From a bacterium (GTDB lineage Bacteria; Hinthialibacterota; Hinthialibacteria; Hinthialibacterales; Hinthialibacteraceae), in NCBI GenBank assembly GCA_963662285.2, contig CAXXMV010000003.1, forward strand, positions 371,613 to 435,612: 64,000 bases of DNA, written 5' to 3'. Shown in pieces: positions 55,654 through 64,000 of this stretch. Position 1 is the stretch's first letter; every line of letters starts with the position of its first letter. A model generated the notes under the pieces. It was given only the letters and a program-made list of their open reading frames with translations, was not told the DNA's origin and made no database searches. The position numbers and the translations under genes were made by a program.

Positions 55654-56463
55654 TTATTGGTTTCTAACGAGTTTGTTCACAAAAGCTGTTAATTGATGGA
55701 CGGTTTGATGCCGCCCCCTATTCAAAATTGAATGATGATCGAATCCAGGCAATTCGATATATTGCGAATTAGGCAAGAGTTCATTCATGTTTTGACCCAA
55801 TTTGGGCGGCGTCTCCAGATCGTTTTCTCCATAAAGCAATAGGACGGGATTATTGATTTGAGGGAGAATTTCGCTGACATCATCGTTTACGGCCTTTATA
55901 AGTATTGGCCGCATTACGCCTGATTGTTTATAATCGCGGGATGCGATTTTGCTGTACAGATAATCCTTGATGCGTTGACCGATGAAAGGCAGGCAGCGCC
56001 GGGATAATCTTGCCAGCGAACGAATGACTGATATGCGTAATTGCCGTGAAAATGGCAACCGGGTTTTCAGACCGGCCGAAGCGATAAGAAAAAGCCCCTT
56101 AATAACCGCCGGATTCTCAGCCGCCAGCCAAAACGCAACGCGCCCTCCATAGGAATGCCCGATCGCAATACATCTATTGACCGCAATTTTTTTCAGGAAT
56201 TGGTTGATCAGAGCGGCGTAATCTCTAGGCGCCCAGGCTTCAGGAGGAACAGGCGAATCGCCAAATCCAGGAAGGTCTACTGCAATATGCCTTCCTTTCC
56301 CTGAAAGGCTCTCGATAATTGGTAGAAAAGCGGCATGAGATTGCCCCCAGCCGTGTAGATACAAAAATACCTCACCCTCTCCACAATCAATATAAGATAT
56401 GGGGAGAGAATTACCCTTCCACTCGATAGAAACCGTTAAACTGCGCCCGATGCCGTCGAGCAT
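55654..56463 (-). CDS. Alpha/beta hydrolase
   Basis: LHGWG, DLPGFGDS, GHSYGG and GEND motifs. Confidence 0.88.
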   Translation of the reverse strand: MLDGIGRSLTVSIEWKGNSLPISYIDCGEGEVFLYLHGWGQSHAAFLPIIESLSGKGRHIAVDLPGFGDSPVPPEAWAPRDYAALINQFLKKIAVNRCIAIGHSYGGRVAFWLAAENPAVIKGLFLIASAGLKTRLPFSRQLRISVIRSLARLSRRCLPFIGQRIKDYLYSKIASRDYKQSGVMRPILIKAVNDDVSEILPQINNPVLLLYGENDLETPPKLGQNMNELLPNSQYIELPGFDHHSILNRGRHQTVHQLTAFVNKLVRNQ

Positions 56464-56835
56464 TACAATACCCTCAACCTTTGATGCAAAATTTTAATTA
56501 AATAATCATAAAAACCTTAAACAAGTTTATCATACTATTGGAGTTAACCAAAGTTTTTGCGTTATGCAAACGATGGATTTAATGATTATGGGATATTGGA
56601 ATGACTCATAAAAGTACTAAATGATAAGTTTTGATTTGTTTTAATATATCCAGGGAAATATTTTAATATTTATTTATACAAAAATGAATTCTTATATTGA
56701 CTCTACATATTATATTCTTGTAGTATCGTATCAAATTATATTATGTATTAAACTTTTGATTCAACTTGTTTTATTCTGGCTGTCTAGCGATTCTTTTTTT
56801 CTTGTGCTCATCGAAAGTTCTATACCTAAAAATCA

Positions 56836-57168
56836 ATGACATCAACAAAAATTCCCCGTAGATTTTATCGTGATGGCTTATTGGATGAGATGATTGACAT
56901 TCTTCGCGAAATTGATAAAAAAACGTGGACAACGAATAAAATCATCGTTCCTTCAACTGCCATTTTAATCGAGTTGTTTGAAATGAATCGATTGATATTA
57001 AAGAAAATCGAAGAGGACATAGATGGAATCACCAAGGATGATGAATGGTATCAAAGACTAGTTCATGTAGCGCATAATATCCAGGATGGGCTTCGAAATG
57101 CATATAATGGAATTGATGATGAAATTAATAATGTGATTAACAATATAGTTAATCCCATGTTAGATTAA
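56836..57168 (+). CDS. Hypothetical helical protein
   Basis: 110-aa ORF in an AT-rich tract; no recognisable motif. Confidence 0.5.
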   Translation: MTSTKIPRRFYRDGLLDEMIDILREIDKKTWTTNKIIVPSTAILIELFEMNRLILKKIEEDIDGITKDDEWYQRLVHVAHNIQDGLRNAYNGIDDEINNVINNIVNPMLD

Positions 57169-57265
57169 TCTGGATATTATGTTATTAATAATTCCTGCAT
57201 TAAGTTTACATCTAACCTCCACTTGCTTATTTTATCTTTGAAATTAAAGTGAATATTATACATAG

Positions 57266-57486
57266 CCTTACAGGTGTTCGTTAAAAGAATATTGCTTAAT
57301 GATATTCTGACGATTAAAAGGGAAACAGGTTAAATACCTGTGCGGACCCGCCACTGTAACCGTCTAGAGTTTAACTCTATATGTTTTTCCAGGTATTACG
57401 CCCACTGTCTCCATGACCGTATTATGGTAGGGATGGGAAGGGGGGAAAAAGATAACAGACGGGAGCCAGGAAACCTGCCGGTAAGG
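57266..57486 (+). ncRNA. Cobalamin riboswitch
   Basis: AGGTG...AAAAGGGAAACAGGTTAAATACCTGTGCGGACCCGCCACTGTAA...CCACTG...GGGAAGG...AGCCAGGAAACCTGCC (B12 box), upstream of btu-like genes. Confidence 0.92.
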
Positions 57487-57541
57487 AAGATGTCAGTTCT
57501 TCGGGGATTGAGAAACTGGATTATTAAAAGTAAAAAACTAC

Positions 57542-57568
57542 CCCTGGCTTAACTGGCCAGGGTTTTTT
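57542..57568 (+). terminator. Riboswitch-linked attenuator terminator
   Basis: CCCTGGC-TTAACTG-GCCAGGG-TTTTTT just before the btuF-like gene. Confidence 0.75.
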
Positions 57569-57577
57569 GTATTTAGA

Positions 57578-58507
57578 GTGTTATCAATAATGATTAACCT
57601 AAAGAAACCCATAATTCAACTGAGCATAATCCTATTTGTAATGGGAATATTGTTGTCCTTCGGACTAAGCCAGGTCGACTTATTACGCCCTAAAAATGCC
57701 AGTAGTAATATGGATTTATATCCCAAAAGAGTAATCTGCGCAGCGCCTAATATCGTTGAGACGGTTTATGCTCTTGGTCAAGAAGACCGGGTAATTGGAG
57801 TTAGCGATTTTACCATTTATCCACCGGAAGCTTTAGAAAAAGATAAAATCGGAGGTTGGATTAATCCCAACTTTGAAACAGTATTGTCGCTGCGCCCTGA
57901 TCTGGTGATTATTCAAGGTGAAATGGCGAAATACCAGGATTTTTGCAGAGAAAAAAACATTCCGATATTGCGGGTTGATATGGAGAACCTGGCTTCAATG
58001 TATGACGGCATCAAACTGATTAGCCAAGCATTAGGCTGCGAGGAAAAAGCGAATGAAATAATTGCAGACACCAGGAAAGAACTTGATCTAATACATAATA
58101 AAACTCAACGTAACAAGTTTAAGATCAATACCTTTATTACCATAAGCCGCCGCATTGGATCATTATCGGGTATTTATACCATAAACGGTACTACCTTCAT
58201 AAACGAGTTACTGAATATTGCCGGAGGGCGAAATGTCTTTGAAGACGCTCCCGGTCGTTATCCTGTAATATCCAAAGAATCATTACTAATGCGCAATCCA
58301 GATATTATTATCGAGTTGAAGCCGGGTGAAGAAATTGGACCGCCTGATTTATTAACTATGAAGAATGATTGGCAGGCAATGCCTACCCTTAGCGCGGTTG
58401 CTTCGGATCGAATTCATTGTGTCACCGATGACAATATTTTAATAATGAGTCCCAGAATAGTTCTTACCGCACGCCGCTTCTATGAGGTTTTGCATGGCGA
58501 CCAATAA
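57578..58507 (+). CDS. Cobalamin ABC transporter substrate-binding protein (BtuF-like)
   Basis: APNIVETVYALG, GVSDFTIYP, PNFETVLSLRPDL and NIAGG motifs; B12 riboswitch upstream. Confidence 0.85.
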   Translation: MLSIMINLKKPIIQLSIILFVMGILLSFGLSQVDLLRPKNASSNMDLYPKRVICAAPNIVETVYALGQEDRVIGVSDFTIYPPEALEKDKIGGWINPNFETVLSLRPDLVIIQGEMAKYQDFCREKNIPILRVDMENLASMYDGIKLISQALGCEEKANEIIADTRKELDLIHNKTQRNKFKINTFITISRRIGSLSGIYTINGTTFINELLNIAGGRNVFEDAPGRYPVISKESLLMRNPDIIIELKPGEEIGPPDLLTMKNDWQAMPTLSAVASDRIHCVTDDNILIMSPRIVLTARRFYEVLHGDQ

Positions 58508-59303
58508 CAAACCTCCTCAAACGCTCAGTATCTCTGGTTTAAGGTACCAGTATCCTGATTCAAAATGGAATCTGGCAGTGGATGATTTTTCGCTTAGTGA
58601 AGGAGAGATCACAGCTATTATCGGGCCAAATGGATCGGGCAAAAGCACACTTCTGCGTTTGGCGGCGGGGGTTCAACCATTATCTACAGGAACTATTCAT
58701 ATAGGTCAAAACGACCTCAAAAAAATGGACCGGCGCAGTATCGCCAGAGTTTTGGGATATTTACCTCAATCCACCCCTTATGAATTTGACCACCGCGTAA
58801 TTAATGTAGTCAGCATGGGACGTTACGCCCATTTATCGCTAAGCGGTTTTCTGTGCGAAGAGGATATGAACATCGTTAAGCAATGCCTGGAGCAGACCGA
58901 CGCCTTATCCTTGATGAACCGACGCTTGTCGCATCTGTCGGGCGGCGAGCGCCAAAGGGTATTGTTAGCCTCGGTGCTTGCGCAAGAACCGGCGATCCTG
59001 CTGTTGGATGAACCGACCAGCGCCCTTGATCTTCATCATCAAGTCAACTTTTTCGATATCCTGACCCGGCTGGTCAAAGGCGGACTTTCCGTAGCGGTGG
59101 TGATGCATGACCTGAATCTGGCTTCGCTGTATTGCGAGCGTATTGTGCTGATGAATCATGGCCGGATCGTCTGCGACGGTACGCCTGATGATGTTTTCCA
59201 ATATGATTTGCTGCAGGATGTCTATGGAGGAGATATTGTTCTGTCCAAACATCCCCAGGTTAACCGTCCGGTGGTTTTCCCCCGGTTTGAAAGGGAAAAC
59301 TGA
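58494..59303 (+). CDS. Cobalamin/iron-chelate ABC transporter ATPase (BtuD/FepC-like)
   Basis: GPNGSGKS, LSGGERQR, DEPTSALD and HDLNLA motifs. Confidence 0.9.
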   Translation: MATNNKPPQTLSISGLRYQYPDSKWNLAVDDFSLSEGEITAIIGPNGSGKSTLLRLAAGVQPLSTGTIHIGQNDLKKMDRRSIARVLGYLPQSTPYEFDHRVINVVSMGRYAHLSLSGFLCEEDMNIVKQCLEQTDALSLMNRRLSHLSGGERQRVLLASVLAQEPAILLLDEPTSALDLHHQVNFFDILTRLVKGGLSVAVVMHDLNLASLYCERIVLMNHGRIVCDGTPDDVFQYDLLQDVYGGDIVLSKHPQVNRPVVFPRFEREN

Positions 59304-60313
59304 TGAAACGTCCCATTACTCCCCGGACTTACCTGATATGTATTCTGCTATACGGAGCGCCTTTTCTAGCCGTCTTATGCATTACTCCATTCATTGGCGG
59401 CGAAACAATTCATTTGAGTGAAATCATCCACGCCTTAAAAGAGGGAGGCTGGAACGCAAGCGCTGAAATCTTCTTCTTCCAACGCATCCCGCGCGTCATT
59501 CTGGCCGCTCTGGTTGGCGGAACCCTTGCGGTGGTCGGCGCCTCTTTTCAAGTTATATTACACAATCCATTAGCCGAACCTTACACGCTGGGCATAACTG
59601 GCGGCGCCTCTATTGGAGCAGCTGTCGCCATTCTGTTTCCCTGGCTGATGGCCTCATGGTGGGTATTCAATACTGTCCAGATATTCGCTTTGGCTGGTTC
59701 GTTCTGCGTTTTGTGGATCATCTATTTTATCTCACGGCGTCCTGAAGGAGTGACTATTTTTACTTTGCTGCTGGCTGGAGTAACTGTATCGATTATGTCC
59801 GCCGGGGCCATAATGTTCTTGAGGTATCTGGCCAGCCCATATCTTCTGTTGCAGATGGATCGCTGGATGATGGGCGGCCTGGATGTCATCGGTTACCGGG
59901 AACTGGCAGCCCTTTTTCCCCTTTTATTACCTGGTCTGGGCATTCTATTCAGTTGTATGGTTGAACTCAACCACCTGACTATGGGAGAAGAACTGGCTTC
60001 CGGGCATGGAGTAGATGTCGCTGGCGTACAGAAGAGAGTCTTCATTGGCGGCGGGCTGGCTACGGCGGCGGTTGTTTCGATGTCCGGCCCTATTGGATTC
60101 GTCGGGCTGATCGTGCCCCATACCGTGCGGCAATTAAGCGGATACGACCACCGGATTGTCTTACCTGCTTCGTTCTTTCTGGGCGGCGCTTTCCTGGTAG
60201 CCTGCGACACCGTAGCCCGCACCATTTTTTCACCCACCGAACTGCCGGTTGGAATTATAACCGCACTGGTTGGTGGGCCGCTGTTTATTCGTATATTGTT
60301 GAATAAGAATTAG
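59303..60313 (+). CDS. FecCD/BtuC-family ABC permease
   Basis: RIPR, NPLAEPYTLG, GEELASGHG, IGFVGLIVPH and ELPVGIITA motifs. Confidence 0.9.
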   Translation: MKRPITPRTYLICILLYGAPFLAVLCITPFIGGETIHLSEIIHALKEGGWNASAEIFFFQRIPRVILAALVGGTLAVVGASFQVILHNPLAEPYTLGITGGASIGAAVAILFPWLMASWWVFNTVQIFALAGSFCVLWIIYFISRRPEGVTIFTLLLAGVTVSIMSAGAIMFLRYLASPYLLLQMDRWMMGGLDVIGYRELAALFPLLLPGLGILFSCMVELNHLTMGEELASGHGVDVAGVQKRVFIGGGLATAAVVSMSGPIGFVGLIVPHTVRQLSGYDHRIVLPASFFLGGAFLVACDTVARTIFSPTELPVGIITALVGGPLFIRILLNKN

Positions 60314-60363
60314 TACCTATTGATTTAGGTTCATATAGTATTTCTTGAGTTGGTAAAAATTCT

Positions 60364-60393
60364 TTGACAAGTACCCACATATGTAGGTATACT
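60364..60393 (+). promoter_or_regulatory. Sigma-70 promoter with palindromic operator for the TA operon
   Basis: TTGACA-N18-TATACT; TACCCACAT-ATGTAGGTA near-palindrome at 60372-60389. Confidence 0.7.
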
Positions 60394-60428
60394 ATCATCT
60401 AGTAGAGTAAATCAAAAAGAGGTGCTCC

Positions 60429-60719
60429 ATGACTACTGAAATTAGCAAAGACAATACCCTGAAAATACGAATGGATGAAGTAACCTTTGATATGATGGAA
60501 AAGGCGAGGGATTTTCTTAAACTGGATAAAAGCAAATTTGTCCGGAAAAGTATACGTCAAATGGCTGAAGCCGTCATTACAGAGCATGATAAAACTATAT
60601 TTAGTACAGAGGATTGGCATAATTTTTTTGCTATGATTGATAATCCGCCAGAACCAACGGAAAGAATGAAAAAAGCTGCAAAAAAATTGAAAGAATTTAC
60701 TCTTGAAAAAGACAATTGA
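60429..60719 (+). CDS. DUF1778 (RHH) antitoxin
   Basis: LKIR...EKAR...SKFV...FFAMIDNPPEPTERMKKA; overlaps the GNAT gene. Confidence 0.88.
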   Translation: MTTEISKDNTLKIRMDEVTFDMMEKARDFLKLDKSKFVRKSIRQMAEAVITEHDKTIFSTEDWHNFFAMIDNPPEPTERMKKAAKKLKEFTLEKDN

Positions 60720-61206
60720 GTTTTTCAATCCGAAAAAACATGATAGAAATCAATTTGATTGTGGAGTTGATGTATTAAATACTTACTTGATAAAATTCGC
60801 GAATCAGGATCAAAAGAGAAGCCTGACAAAAATCTATGTTCTTGCTGAAGAAACAAAAATTATTGGTTACTATTCAATCAGCGCTCATTCTATTCTACGG
60901 AATAATCTTCCAGATGACCATAACTTAGGAGGATATAATGAACTGCCTTTCCTGTTACTTGGCAGACTGGCTGTGGATAAAAACTATCATGGACAGGGAT
61001 TTGGGGATACTTTGATTTTGCATTCTTTCAAAACCACACTTTATGCAGCAGAAACAATCGGGATTATGGGAATAGTCGTTGATGCCAAAGACAAGAAATC
61101 TGCGTCCTTTTATGAAAATTTTGGCTTTATGAGGCTCTCTGGAAACTTTAATAGACTTGTATTGCCCATAACGTCCATAAAAAAACTCCTAGAGAAATTA
61201 GTATAA
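60703..61206 (+). CDS. GNAT acetyltransferase toxin (TacT/AtaT-like)
   Basis: HDRNQFDCG, LGRLAVD, GQGFG, VDAK and FYENFGF motifs. Confidence 0.88.
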   Translation: MKKTIEFFNPKKHDRNQFDCGVDVLNTYLIKFANQDQKRSLTKIYVLAEETKIIGYYSISAHSILRNNLPDDHNLGGYNELPFLLLGRLAVDKNYHGQGFGDTLILHSFKTTLYAAETIGIMGIVVDAKDKKSASFYENFGFMRLSGNFNRLVLPITSIKKLLEKLV

Positions 61207-61215
61207 AACAACTAC

Positions 61216-61266
61216 TTCCACCTTCAAAAAGCCCTTAATTATAGGCTCTTTGAAGGCGGAATTTTT
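61216..61266. terminator. Intrinsic terminator between convergent genes
   Basis: TTCCACCTTCAAAAAGCC...GGCTCTTTGAAGGCGGAA followed by a T run. Confidence 0.65.
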
Positions 61267-61280
61267 ATTATCATATGACT

Positions 61281-63497
61281 TTACCGTAATTCTTTGATCT
61301 GGGTTTCGCTTAATTCATCCAGACCTTTCTCATCGATTTGAACCATTATGTCATTACGCACGAACGATACATTCTCTCCCAAAGCCAATATGGCGGAGAC
61401 GTCGGGAGACAGGTCGGCTAATTGGAAATAGGCGGCGCTGAATGGTTTGACCTGAATGGTTTTCTGGTTGGCGTCGTATTTGGTTGATACCCAGGAGTTT
61501 TCTTGATTGAAGAACGCCTGTTGCCCGGCGTAACGGACGCCTTGGATGCGCTGAACCTCTTTTTTGTTGTCGGCGCCATATTTATAGAACCAGTTTTGCA
61601 CGGATAGGGAATCAGCATTTTGCAATTGTTCTTGCATTATCTCAGAATTGGCTACTGCCTCTTTCCCGGATGACTGTTTTAAGCCCAGCGACATATTGCT
61701 TGTTGCATATCCCAGAGACCTAAGGTTTTCTCTTGCTCGTACAGCCGGGGCGACTGGTTGTATGGCTATAGGAGCGTCGGTAACCAGGAATGAGGTGAAT
61801 TCGGTCAAGATGCCAAAACGCTTGCTTAAATCTACTATCTCCTGCACTAGTTCTTTATTTTTGCCATTTATTCTTATCTCATTCATAAGATAACCAATGC
61901 GCCGCGCCGCCCAAAGGCGTGGTATGAAGTCGGAACGCGTGTCACTCCTGGTGAAAGAGAATTCATCTTTGAAACGTTTCTTTTCTCCATCAGCTTTGCC
62001 GGATAATGAAACCAGACTATCGGCGCCTTTTTCATATCTTCCCAAAACAACTAGTTGCGAACCGCTGAAAAGGTCGGGCAACTCGCGTGGATAAATCTTT
62101 GATGTGGATACGTCATCGAAATCCAGTTTCAAGTCAGCCAGGACTGGATCGGATATTTTTGAATATAGCGAAGATACGGATACCTCGATATCCTGATCCG
62201 GCTTGACATAGGTGGATAGTCCCTTGTTGGTTTGCGACAGTTGATCGAGCAACAAGGTATTTACGTCGAATCCTACGCCAAAGGTAAAGACTCTGCACTT
62301 GGTTTTGTTGCTATCTTTCGCATTTTCAAGGATTTGCTTGGCGTCCCGGACGCCGACGGTAGGAAGTCCATCGGTCAGGAAGATAATGTAGGACGGTTTG
62401 TCGCCTTCGGGCAATAGCGCGAAAGCTGTCTGCAATGCATCATTGATATTAGTGCCTCCGCTGGCGTCTATTTTCTGCAATTTTCCACAAATATCATCGA
62501 TTTTATCCTGCTTGACTTTAGTGATTTCTGACAGTGTTTCAATTTCATCGCTGAAGGATACCAACGCGAAATGATCTTTCTCATTCAAACTACGGATGCA
62601 GAACTCCAAAGCATCTTTGGCTTGTTTAATTTTATTATCCTTTTGCATACTGCCGGACTTATCCAGTACAAAAATCACATTTTTGGCGACGGAATCCTTC
62701 TTTTTGGCAATATTGGGAGCTGCCAGCAATAGGAAAAATCCGTCTTCATCCTTCTCTTTATAGGTCAAAAGATTTAATCCGACTGCATCAGGCGACACTG
62801 AAAAGATCAGTTGGAAATCCTGTTCGGGAGTAACGTTTTCATCGCTGTATTTGATGGATGCTTCGAAATTGGAACTCTTGTTGACCTTGATATCATGACT
62901 GGGCGAGTAGATATTTTTGATGGGTGAATTTGAAGAGATTTTCGCAGAAACTTTAACGAATTCAATGGGTTGTTTATTGAGTTTATCGCTGGCCAGAGCA
63001 TATTGGTAACTACATACGCCTCTATCGTAATCCAGCATCTCTTCATAGCGAATGGTGATTTTCTGGGTGGATTTTGGCTCAATGGGGAAGACTCGCGCAC
63101 GGATGATTCCGCATCCATAAAATGATAAGATGCCGGGATCTTTAAGTTTACGGACGATATCTTGATATATTTTATCGGCTTCTTTTTTTCCGAGTAGTTC
63201 TCCTTTAATATCTTCGCCATTCATCTTCATCTTGAATGAAGAGATGGAGGCATCTTTGGGAACCGCCAACAGATAGGTTCCTTCAATCCTTGAGTCGCCG
63301 GGATTGTAGAATACCTGATCGATAGTGGTAACCGCCGCCTGCTCTTGAATTTCAATTGAGACTTCATGGCTGCGGATGGGTAGAGAGATTCCTTTTGAAT
63401 GAGGATGAGATGTGATTAACGCCTGTGAATAGGCCAGATTGCCTAATGAAACTATGGCTGCTAGAAGACAGATAGTGAATAAACGTTGCTTTAACAT
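61281..63497 (-). CDS. Secreted VIT + von Willebrand factor A domain protein
   Basis: Signal peptide; VIT N-terminus (DQVFYN, KDPGIL); FVLDKSGSM MIDAS, GGTNI, FLTDG and RLWA motifs. Confidence 0.88.
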   Translation of the reverse strand: MLKQRLFTICLLAAIVSLGNLAYSQALITSHPHSKGISLPIRSHEVSIEIQEQAAVTTIDQVFYNPGDSRIEGTYLLAVPKDASISSFKMKMNGEDIKGELLGKKEADKIYQDIVRKLKDPGILSFYGCGIIRARVFPIEPKSTQKITIRYEEMLDYDRGVCSYQYALASDKLNKQPIEFVKVSAKISSNSPIKNIYSPSHDIKVNKSSNFEASIKYSDENVTPEQDFQLIFSVSPDAVGLNLLTYKEKDEDGFFLLLAAPNIAKKKDSVAKNVIFVLDKSGSMQKDNKIKQAKDALEFCIRSLNEKDHFALVSFSDEIETLSEITKVKQDKIDDICGKLQKIDASGGTNINDALQTAFALLPEGDKPSYIIFLTDGLPTVGVRDAKQILENAKDSNKTKCRVFTFGVGFDVNTLLLDQLSQTNKGLSTYVKPDQDIEVSVSSLYSKISDPVLADLKLDFDDVSTSKIYPRELPDLFSGSQLVVLGRYEKGADSLVSLSGKADGEKKRFKDEFSFTRSDTRSDFIPRLWAARRIGYLMNEIRINGKNKELVQEIVDLSKRFGILTEFTSFLVTDAPIAIQPVAPAVRARENLRSLGYATSNMSLGLKQSSGKEAVANSEIMQEQLQNADSLSVQNWFYKYGADNKKEVQRIQGVRYAGQQAFFNQENSWVSTKYDANQKTIQVKPFSAAYFQLADLSPDVSAILALGENVSFVRNDIMVQIDEKGLDELSETQIKELR

Positions 63498-63619
63498 TTT
63501 GAACCTCCGATAATTGCCTGTTTGTTATAATTAAACGTGCTGATGGTTGAATAGTTTTAAGTTATCAGGAGATTTCTCCATTGTGAGCAGAATGAAATAT
63601 TTATGGGGAGGGGAGGCGC

Positions 63620-63880
63620 TTAGTAAACTTGGGAATGGGTTCCGACGGTGAGGAAGCGAACTATCATATAGTTGTCTTTTTCGATGAACACTAAACGTAA
63701 ATCTCCTCCGGCTTCAATAGATCGTTGGCCTTTTTGTTTTCCGTGAAGCGCATGGTTTCTGAGTCGCGGATTATGAGGATTTTGTCTGAAAAGGGTGATT
63801 ATTTCATCGACTTTTTCCTGTTGCCTGCGGGGAAGTTTTGAAAAAGCCTTCTCAAAATTTTTGCTGTAAAGAATTTCCAT
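63620..63880 (-). CDS. RelE/YafQ-like mRNA interferase toxin
   Basis: YSKNFEK, LRNHALHG, DLRLVF and VGTHSQVY motifs. Confidence 0.85.
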   Translation of the reverse strand: MEILYSKNFEKAFSKLPRRQQEKVDEIITLFRQNPHNPRLRNHALHGKQKGQRSIEAGGDLRLVFIEKDNYMIVRFLTVGTHSQVY

Positions 63881-64000
63881 TTATACTTTTCTCATCAATT
63901 TTCGTAAGTGTTCGTTGGCTTCTTCTCCTATAAAAGGCCCACTCATATTAATTCCTTGTTCGGCTTCTGCTTGAAGTCGATCCAGTTTGGCGATGTCTTC
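63881..64000 (-). CDS. Probable antitoxin C-terminus (partial)
   Basis: Hand translation EDIAKLDRLQAEAEQGINMSGPFIGEEANEHLRKLMRKV*; the stop abuts the toxin ATG. Confidence 0.65.
   Translation of the reverse strand, partial: EDIAKLDRLQAEAEQGINMSGPFIGEEANEHLRKLMRKV

Noticed and set aside
57160-57190. dif site (TTATGTTA half-site)
   Set aside because: The XerD arm is imperfect and there is no plausible XerC arm; likely chance in AT-rich DNA
57340-57552. 70-aa ORF upstream of the btuF-like gene
   Set aside because: Overlaps the cobalamin riboswitch and terminator; likely spurious

Overview
Bacterial chromosomal window, roughly 40-45% GC by eye with AT-rich intergenic tracts, from a diderm organism (lptB, O-antigen-ligase-like gene). 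The dispersed FTLIELLIVVAIIGILAAIAVPNFLNAQ pilin-like paralogs suggest a Hinthialibacterota/Sumerlaeota-like lineage; this is an inference. Housekeeping genes include smpB, xerC, rex, msrA, cobB, aroQ, lptB, murF and ddl, plus a cobalamin riboswitch upstream of btuF/D/C-like genes. There are several carbohydrate and envelope enzymes. Defence and accessory content comprises a fused PstI/BsuBI-type methylase-endonuclease, a vsr-C5 methylase-endonuclease operon and two toxin-antitoxin loci. Non-coding structure is rich: a GxxExxY nuclease-fold gene sits inside five ~100-110 bp hairpin repeats, and there are four or more REP-like families, a probable RAYT remnant, a decayed attC-like site, an IS remnant and a 25-bp perfect palindrome. 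GGCGCC appears strongly over-represented. No rRNA, tRNA or CRISPR array was seen. All calls come from motif recognition by eye; no database searches were run.
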